Shown here: piece by piece, positions 1-7,100 of the stretch
How positions within the stretch are numbered: the first letter of the stretch is position 1
How the letters are laid out: every line of letters begins with the position of its first letter
Source of the DNA: Candidatus Aenigmatarchaeota archaeon
GTDB lineage: Archaea; Aenigmatarchaeota; Aenigmatarchaeia; Aenigmatarchaeales; JACQIB01
Direction: 5' to 3'
Length of the DNA stretch: 64,000 bases
Assembly (NCBI GenBank): GCA_016198755.1
Contig: JACQIB010000005.1
Coordinates: 1 to 64,000 of the forward strand
The notes under the pieces: generated by a model
Told to the model about the DNA's origin: nothing
Seen by the model: only the letters and a program-made list of their open reading frames with translations
Database searches by the model: none
Program-made: the position numbers and the translations under genes

Positions 1-384
1 AACATTTCTGCAAACATAACTATGAATGATGGAAGCTATCTGCGAGCAAACGGAACTATAGGATACTTTAACAGCTCAAATACCACTGCAAGCGGCTCTG
101 GGCTGCCAATACACAGCATGATAATACAGGGTGGATCTGTAAACCCAACATTTATTCAGGGGGATGGTTTTGCATCTGTAACAATAAACATGAGTAAGAG
201 CTTTAGGGATGGTGGAACATATGCTCTTTCAGTAAACAGAATATATAACTTTACAGGCACTCCAACGATACTTCCAACACAGGGCTTTACAATATTGCCT
301 ATTAATGGATCCTCGTTTAACATAACTTATAATATTACAAGTAATGCTATCGTATCTTTCAGCTGGATAGCTATAGGGTATTAG
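1..384 (+). CDS. 5'-truncated surface protein with a C-terminus resembling phage tail-fibre (gp53-like) / H-type lectin modules
   Basis: Frame is open from base 1 (NISANITMND...). N/S/T/G-rich with many NxS/T sequons; ends IIQGG...FSWIAIGY*. Confidence 0.5.
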   Translation, partial: NISANITMNDGSYLRANGTIGYFNSSNTTASGSGLPIHSMIIQGGSVNPTFIQGDGFASVTINMSKSFRDGGTYALSVNRIYNFTGTPTILPTQGFTILPINGSSFNITYNITSNAIVSFSWIAIGY

Positions 385-387
385 TTG

Positions 388-1374
388 ATGGCGATGAAAA
401 ATGATTTGTTGGCTCTGTTTGCGGGTTTGCTTATAGTTTTGCCAGCTGCAGCTCTTGCTTTGAATGAACTTGGGGGCTCTTCTAACAGCTTTATTTTAAA
501 CAATAGTCAGGGATTTGGAGTTGGCTCTGGAGGGGGGGCGAGTGGCAGTTTTAATGTGAATATGTCAGGTGAGGTTGTTACTGGAAGTAACCTAAGCTCA
601 AATAGTTTTCTTGTCTGGCTTGGAATGATAGCCGGAGCAACTGAAACAACAACTACTACTACTACTACAACTACAACAACACAAGGGGGAAATACGAGAT
701 CTACCCCCACCGTTACAGCAGATATACAGAATGAAACTATTGTAGCTAAAGTACATTTTATCAGACCAGATGATACAACAACTGTTTCTATCCCAGCTGG
801 AACTTCAAATATGACTCAGATAAAAATTACAGCAAAAGAGCTTTTAGTGGATATTGTTGTTACAGTAAGGGTTGTACAGGGTTCTCCGGTACCATTGACA
901 GTTGAAAAAGTTTTCCAGTTCATAGAAATCAATAATACGGCTGATAACAAGGATGTGAAAGAAGCTAAACTAAGCTTTAGTGTAACAAAGAAATGGATTG
1001 CTGATAATGGAATAAATGCTGAGAGCATAAAGCTGAAAAGGCTTGTTGGAAGCACTTGGACAGACCTTACTACAACAAAAGTCAGCGAAGATTCAGATAA
1101 AATAAACTTCGAAGCTACATCTCCAGGATTCTCTATATTTGCTATCTATGGACTGCCAGTAGGTGTTACAACCACAACAACAACACTTCCAGGAGGGAAC
1201 GTAACAACAACTACAGTATCAGGCAGTACAACTACAATAGAACGCATCGTAGACAAACTACCGCAGGACCTGAGAGGGTATGCTATAGCAGGGATTGCTG
1301 TAGTTGTTATTGCAGCTGTTGGGTTTGTAGCATGGAAGAAAAGGGAAAGTAAAGGCTACTCTTTTAAAAAATAA
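388..1374 (+). CDS. PGF-pre-PGF domain surface glycoprotein with C-terminal membrane anchor
   Basis: Signal peptide, poly-Thr linkers, EATSPGFSIFAI motif, C-terminal TM helix followed by WKKR. Confidence 0.85.
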   Translation: MAMKNDLLALFAGLLIVLPAAALALNELGGSSNSFILNNSQGFGVGSGGGASGSFNVNMSGEVVTGSNLSSNSFLVWLGMIAGATETTTTTTTTTTTTQGGNTRSTPTVTADIQNETIVAKVHFIRPDDTTTVSIPAGTSNMTQIKITAKELLVDIVVTVRVVQGSPVPLTVEKVFQFIEINNTADNKDVKEAKLSFSVTKKWIADNGINAESIKLKRLVGSTWTDLTTTKVSEDSDKINFEATSPGFSIFAIYGLPVGVTTTTTTLPGGNVTTTTVSGSTTTIERIVDKLPQDLRGYAIAGIAVVVIAAVGFVAWKKRESKGYSFKK

Positions 1375-1375
1375 A

Positions 1376-2272
1376 TCAGCGTTTTCTATTAAATTTTCTT
1401 GACATTAGCAGAAGCTCTCCGCTCAGGTCAGCTCTTGGTCTATAACCCAGTTCCCTCTTTGCTTTCCCTATATTGTAAACTCTGTTTGAGATTCCTATCT
1501 CCAGCAAGTGTCTCTTCCCTATTGCTGTAGCCATCATTCTTGCAAACCATACCGGAATATACACTGGCCTCTTTCCCATGTAAGCAGCTAAAGCTTCCAT
1601 AAACTCTCTTAATCTAACCGGCTGCTCATCTGCTATTATATAGGGGCCCTTTCCCTTTTTCAAAGCCAATAAAACAGCATGCGCAACATCTGAAGCATGA
1701 ACCAAATGGTTATAATTCCCAGAATTGATAACAGGAAACCCGCCTGCCATACTCCTCAGAATCATATCAAACCAACGGGAACCAACCCCATAAACAGCAG
1801 CTATTCTCAAAGAAACTGAGGGAATGCCTGAGCGCAAAACTTCCTCTTCTCCCAGCAGTTTTGTAAGCCCGTAAAAGCTATATGGACGGGGTTTATGTTT
1901 TTCAGTTATTGGTCTTGCAGATGGCCAGTGAACTGAAACTGAAGAAGCATAAACAATCCTTTTTATCTTAGCTTTTTTAGCAGCATCCACAACATTTCTG
2001 GTTCCAATAACATTTGTTTCATACACATCATCTATATTGTCAAACTCAACCAAACCAGCCATATGCACAACTCCTTCACACCCTTTCATTGCTTTTTCCA
2101 GTGCCTTTTTGTCTAATATAGATCCCTTAACAATAATTGCTTTTGGAAAAAGTTTTTTTGCTTTTGCAGGATTCCTTGCCAACAAAACTATTTTATATTT
2201 TTCTTTCAAAAGCAAAGGCACAACACTTTTTCCTATAAACCCTGTACCCCCAGTAACCAGAATGCGCTGCAT
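1376..2272 (-). CDS. NAD-dependent epimerase/dehydratase (extended SDR)
   Basis: ILVTGGTGFIG and YGLTK motifs. Start adjusted to MQRILVTG at 2272. Confidence 0.9.
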   Translation of the reverse strand: MQRILVTGGTGFIGKSVVPLLLKEKYKIVLLARNPAKAKKLFPKAIIVKGSILDKKALEKAMKGCEGVVHMAGLVEFDNIDDVYETNVIGTRNVVDAAKKAKIKRIVYASSVSVHWPSARPITEKHKPRPYSFYGLTKLLGEEEVLRSGIPSVSLRIAAVYGVGSRWFDMILRSMAGGFPVINSGNYNHLVHASDVAHAVLLALKKGKGPYIIADEQPVRLREFMEALAAYMGKRPVYIPVWFARMMATAIGKRHLLEIGISNRVYNIGKAKRELGYRPRADLSGELLLMSRKFNRKR

Positions 2273-2440
2273 AAAAATAGTTCTCTGCACCCCCATATAA
2301 ACCAATTTATACCTTTGCCAACATAACTTTACTATGCCATTCAACTGTGCACAGTGCACACAGCAGTGCTCTGAAGATCCAATAGAATTAGACGGAGTAA
2401 ACTTCTGCCCGCGCTGCGCGCGCGAGTTTGCTGAGAACCC

Positions 2441-3478
2441 CTAGTGGTAACTTAGTCCTTTGAATGAGGGATTTTTCTGCTCTGCTCCCGCAGAGCCTGG
2501 AGCGCGGGAAGCGCTTGACCAGTTTGAGAAAAATTCAGAAACAATTCCTGCAGTCCTTTTTGGCTCTCCCCTCCCATCCTTTACAACCCTAAGTATCCCA
2601 AATCCCCTATCATCCTTCTCCAGCAAATTCCATACAAAACAACCCTGCAATTCAGCTGCTGCTATCCCTTTCAACTGCTCACTCAATCCAACGATCTGTG
2701 TGTCCTCATCATACTGTGTATTAGGATGCTCTGCTAAAAACTGGGAGGCAAATGAACCCTGCTCTATAGCCCCCTTAAAACTTGCAGTCCCAAATTGGGA
2801 GAGAACAGTGGGCTTTCCAGCTGCCTTCATCCTTCTCAGAACCTCCCCAAACCTGCCCCTGTTCCAGTGGCTAAGGTAAAGGTTTGTGGAAGCAAAATCA
2901 AACTTCTCCCATTTAACTTTTTCCCATGGAGCGCATGAATATGTTAAAGGAACTTTAGCTGTTCTGGCTTTCCTTGCTAGAACAACCAGCAGCTTGTTCA
3001 GCTTTTGCTCAAGGCTCTTGCTATAGCTGTCTGCTGCTCTCATAACCCTTGGGAAAAGCTTAAGCTCCTCCTCAGGAGCCAAAACAATCTTTAGATAGGC
3101 TGAAAGAGCCTTTGCACGCTCCTCATAATTCTTCCCTTTAATTAACCCCCTGCACTCCAGTGTAAGCTCATTTCCAACTGAGAAAACTATCTGCGCTGCG
3201 GGATTTGCCTTTTTAAAATCCCTAACAAACAAAACAAAAGGCTCAATAGCTTTCAGGTACTGTGCAGGTGTTTTATTCCTGAAAATTGGAACAATCCAAA
3301 CCCCCAACTCAAGCTTTATTGCTATTTCAGCCACAGATTTTACCCTTTCCAGCTCTGTTCCAACAATCCTGACACAGTTCCCGTTCATGTTTTTCAAAAG
3401 CTGCAAATGCTGTTTCACAACCTCCGGCTCGACCGGCTCCGGCCCATCCAGCACATAGTTTGCCCCTAGAAAGCGCAT
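2441..3478 (-). CDS. Glycoside-hydrolase-like TIM barrel protein (similar to proteins annotated as abortive infection protein)
   Basis: GANY N-terminus, NCVRIVG, SVGNELTLE and GKPTVLSQFG motifs match a GH-A clan layout. Confidence 0.6.
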   Translation of the reverse strand: MRFLGANYVLDGPEPVEPEVVKQHLQLLKNMNGNCVRIVGTELERVKSVAEIAIKLELGVWIVPIFRNKTPAQYLKAIEPFVLFVRDFKKANPAAQIVFSVGNELTLECRGLIKGKNYEERAKALSAYLKIVLAPEEELKLFPRVMRAADSYSKSLEQKLNKLLVVLARKARTAKVPLTYSCAPWEKVKWEKFDFASTNLYLSHWNRGRFGEVLRRMKAAGKPTVLSQFGTASFKGAIEQGSFASQFLAEHPNTQYDEDTQIVGLSEQLKGIAAAELQGCFVWNLLEKDDRGFGILRVVKDGRGEPKRTAGIVSEFFSNWSSASRAPGSAGAEQKNPSFKGLSYH

Positions 3479-3512
3479 GCCATAAAATTACCCTTAGTAT
3501 ATAATAAAGGTT
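3454..3512. repeat. Direct repeat copy 1 (start and promoter of the GH-like gene)
   Basis: 3454-3478 matches 4044-4068 at 24/25, and 3498-3512 matches 4088-4102 at 14/15. Both are at the same 590-bp offset. Confidence 0.85.
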
Positions 3513-3536
3513 AGCTTTGCGTAGACGTTGTACATG

Positions 3537-3758
3537 CTAACCTTCCACGGCCTTTAGGAACTCCTCTCTGTCTATTTTGGCCTCTCTTATTATGGATCTT
3601 AACAACCCTCTTCCTATTTCTTCCCTATAGGGCACAACTGTGGACATGCCATCAGCATGTTTTAGTATTATATGGCTTCCTTTTTGCCTTACAACTTGAA
3701 ACCCAAATATTTCTAGAGTTTTGATTACTTTTTCTGATGAAAGGGGTATCAGCTTCAT
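3537..3758 (-). CDS. hicA: HicA family toxin (mRNA interferase)
   Basis: 73 aa with GFQVVRQKGSHIILKH and IGRGLLRSII; adjacent to hicB. Confidence 0.9.
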   Translation of the reverse strand: MKLIPLSSEKVIKTLEIFGFQVVRQKGSHIILKHADGMSTVVPYREEIGRGLLRSIIREAKIDREEFLKAVEG

Positions 3759-3768
3759 AAAAGCCCTC

Positions 3769-3990
3769 CTACCTCAAAGGAATTTCTATCCTTTGCATTC
3801 CAACGAATTCCATATGGTCTTCTATTGCCCCCTTATTCACTTCTAGATAGAGCTCTATGGCTTCCCGTATCCTTTTCATCAACTCGTCAAGATTCTTAGC
3901 TTGTGTGTGGCATCCAGGAAGTTCGGGAACAGTGGCTACGAGATAACCATCCTCATCCTTCTCTATTACCACATCAAAAATCTTGTTCAA
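3769..3990 (-). CDS. hicB: HicB family antitoxin
   Basis: VIEKDEDGYLVATVPELPGCHTQA...IREAIELYLE. Confidence 0.9.
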   Translation of the reverse strand: MNKIFDVVIEKDEDGYLVATVPELPGCHTQAKNLDELMKRIREAIELYLEVNKGAIEDHMEFVGMQRIEIPLR

Positions 3991-4043
3991 AATATCACCT
4001 TATACTTTATTGTATTCTAAGCTTATTTAAAGATTTCATAGAG

Positions 4044-4102
4044 CATAGTTTGCCCCTAGAAAACGCATACCCCTATATTTGCTTTCCTATATAATGAAGG
4101 TT
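4044..4102. repeat. Direct repeat copy 2; on the - strand it encodes a truncated MRFLGANYAL* gene start
   Basis: Partner of 3454-3512; lies just beyond the stop codon of the giant gene at 4113. Confidence 0.85.
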
Positions 4103-4112
4103 GGGGTTGACA

Positions 4113-7100
4113 TCAGCGTAACCACCAAAATTGTTTAGGCTGGTTGGAGTGGGAAAGAAGCTCAATCATGTTCTCTGCATTAAGGTGCTCTCCATACCTG
4201 ATAGATTTCCCAACATCCAGATAGGCATCCCCAACCCTTCCTTTGTCTATTGTGTTTTTCAGCCAAGTCTGTAACAATAACCTAATATTGCGTATCTGTG
4301 ATAAGCTTATTATATTATTTTCCAAAAGCTGGTCATACATACCAAGAGCCATTCTTGCGAGATTCCTGTCTCCAGTTCTGGATGCAAGCAACTCTGCAGA
4401 TATTATCTGTTCTATATCGCGGGGAGTAAATGCTTTTTTATTTTCTATTATATAATCCATTTCAGCCCCTGTTTCCAGTACCAGCCTTTTAACTCTCTCG
4501 TTGAAAGCTTGTTTTCCAACAAACCTTTTTATACTAGCATCAGCCTCCAATTCTGTAAGCCATGTCTGTCTATAGTATTTTGATGTAAAATCTGCATATT
4601 CTTTAATATCCGCAAACCTATTCTGAGCTACCCATAAATGTCCCATCTCATGCTCCACAACTCTCCCTTCCAGCATATCAATAATAGGCACAGACTCGTC
4701 AAAAACTAATGTATCATAACCTGCCATGGCAATGGAATTTTCCATTTTCTCGTAAATTATTGTATTTAGAGAAACTCCATATTTTTGTGCCCCCTCCTCC
4801 AACGACGGGACAAGCTGTGCCAAATGTACCCACTGCTCATCTGTGAGATCTGGGAGGAAACGAGACATCTCAGATCTTACAGCTGTTATTTCACCCCCGC
4901 TACCCATTTTGAACGCAGCTTTATGAAAGGGTATTTTATTGGGATCCAGCCTCCCATATCCCACAACTTCTACAACCTCTACACCCTGCTCTTCAAAGAA
5001 TTTTATAACATTCCTCGGCATATTGGATTTCGGAGTGGTTGTCACCCACTTTATTCCTGCACCCTTATCCAGAGATCTAAATCTATTGAATGTAGTTCTA
5101 TACTTGTTTATGAACTCTCCAACACCGCCCTTGCCTTTTATGTGAGTAAGCGTATCAAATTTTGACTCTACAAAAAAACGTTTTGATCCAATCTCAAAAA
5201 ACCCATCTACATCAACCTTCCCAAATAAAGAAGCTTTCTTCCAAAATGAAGGTACAGTCTTTCTGGTCACTTCCCCGGTAAATTTCAGCTCCGCTCCAGA
5301 AGCCCTGTATGCTTCATTCACATTCAATTCAAACTCATGTCCCAAAATATTTCCAGCTAGACCACGAGCTGAGCCAGACCTTGCAGTAGCCATTTCTAAC
5401 CTGTATGCGTCTCCAGCACCACCAGAAACTCTACTGGCAGTTATTGCAGCATCCCCAAACTCAACAGCTTTTTTAGCCCCGTTTCCCATTTGCATGGTTA
5501 ATTTAACATCCCTTACGGCAGTCAAGGCTTCAGCCGCGCGCGCAGCCTTCCCAACCTTGCCTACATTAGCTAATTCTGCTATAGGCGGCATTGGCGCAAG
5601 TAACTGTATTGCCTCCCCTGTGCAGTTGCCTGCCCCATAAGCAGAGCCTGTGCAATATTTCCATATGGAAGTAGCTGCCCCTGTTATAAAATTTGATGTA
5701 CCGTTGTAGTACTGCATAAATCCTGGACTATCCGCAAAATACCATATCACCCATACAGGTGTGCCGAAAACCAAGGCAGCTCTTGTCACATTTACGAGAA
5801 CTTGGCCGCCAGCATAAAGGAAGTTACCTATGGAATTACTTTTATCGTTAAGATATTGATTGAACCCATCCCTGTCCAGAAGCATCCATCCACCCATGAC
5901 GATTGGATTGCTGAGGATTAACGTATCCCTTGTTAAGTTTGTGAGAAACTGGCCGCCGTTTTGAAAGGAATCCCACATTCCATGTCCAAAACTAATGGCA
6001 GAATCGCGCTTTTCAGCTAACCATTTTGACGCTCCGTTTGGGTCAACAACAGTCCACATAGGCAGCACAGATACGGTTAGAGCATCCCTTGTCAAATCCG
6101 TGAGAAATTTCCCCCCCCCTTCAAGATTGTTCCACAAACCTCCTAGGAACCCCTGTTTATTTTTTTCTACTTGAATACGCTGCTGCTCCAGTTGCCATTT
6201 CCATTCCTGCGCAGCCTGCTGGTCTGTTATAGCATCTGAGTTAAATATTCTGACAGGATAACCATTGTGAACACGTGTTATGTTCCTGATTGATATGGAA
6301 CTTTCATTCTTTATTCTTATTATGTTGTCATTATACATATCTACATATCTATTCTGTTCAGCAACCAATTCGTCCTCGTTTTCATCTATAAACCCTTTCA
6401 AAATTCCCATACTATCCTTAATTCGGGCTTTCAGCTCAGGGTTGATGCCTGGGCGGTTGTAAATTGACTGCAACCCATAATAAAGTTCTATTGATTTCTT
6501 AGTACTATTTCCATTGTTGTTCTGTATCAGTGCATTAACATCGTCTGCAACCTGTTTGTCTGTTCTTATCTGCTCTACTGTTTTTGAGATATCTTTCTTA
6601 ACTGCAGAGTTTAGGTAAGGATCTGAAGTTAGCTTTTCAAGACTATCTACATCCGTATCAGACAGAAGGCCGTTTTTTGCCTTCTCTTGCAATCTTTCCA
6701 ACTGATCCAGCGCAGGCTGGTCCCTTCCTGTAACTTTCCCGCCAGAAAAAGTCCATCCCATTCCATTAACAGAAGGAACAGAATCTGGATGATCCCATGG
6801 GTTCTGTGCACCCGGGACAGAACTCCAGTATTTTCCATCGCGGGTATAGTAGCCATCATTTCCTTTTATCAGCGGTATCCCTCCGCCTGCTTCAGCTGCC
6901 TCCCTTTCAGCTTTCATTTGCCTCTCTTCCTGAAGTGAAGTAAATAGTGCTTCCGTGCGCGATTTAATTTCAGATAACTTCTGCCCAGTATATTCTATAA
7001 GTTTTTGCACATCCTCCTTCAGGCTCCTTGTATAAGATTTAAGTTGACCCACAACGCCTTCAGGTATTACTCCGCCATTGGATTTTGGATAAGTTTTAAT

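Noticed and set aside
640-682. ACT/ACA trinucleotide run
   Set aside because: It encodes a poly-Thr linker of a surface glycoprotein; it is not a CRISPR array or regulatory repeat.
2396-2432. GC-rich hairpin AGTAAACT...GCGC...AGTTTGCT as a possible ncRNA
   Set aside because: It is short and imperfect with no recognisable RNA family features; it may be a terminator but cannot be supported.
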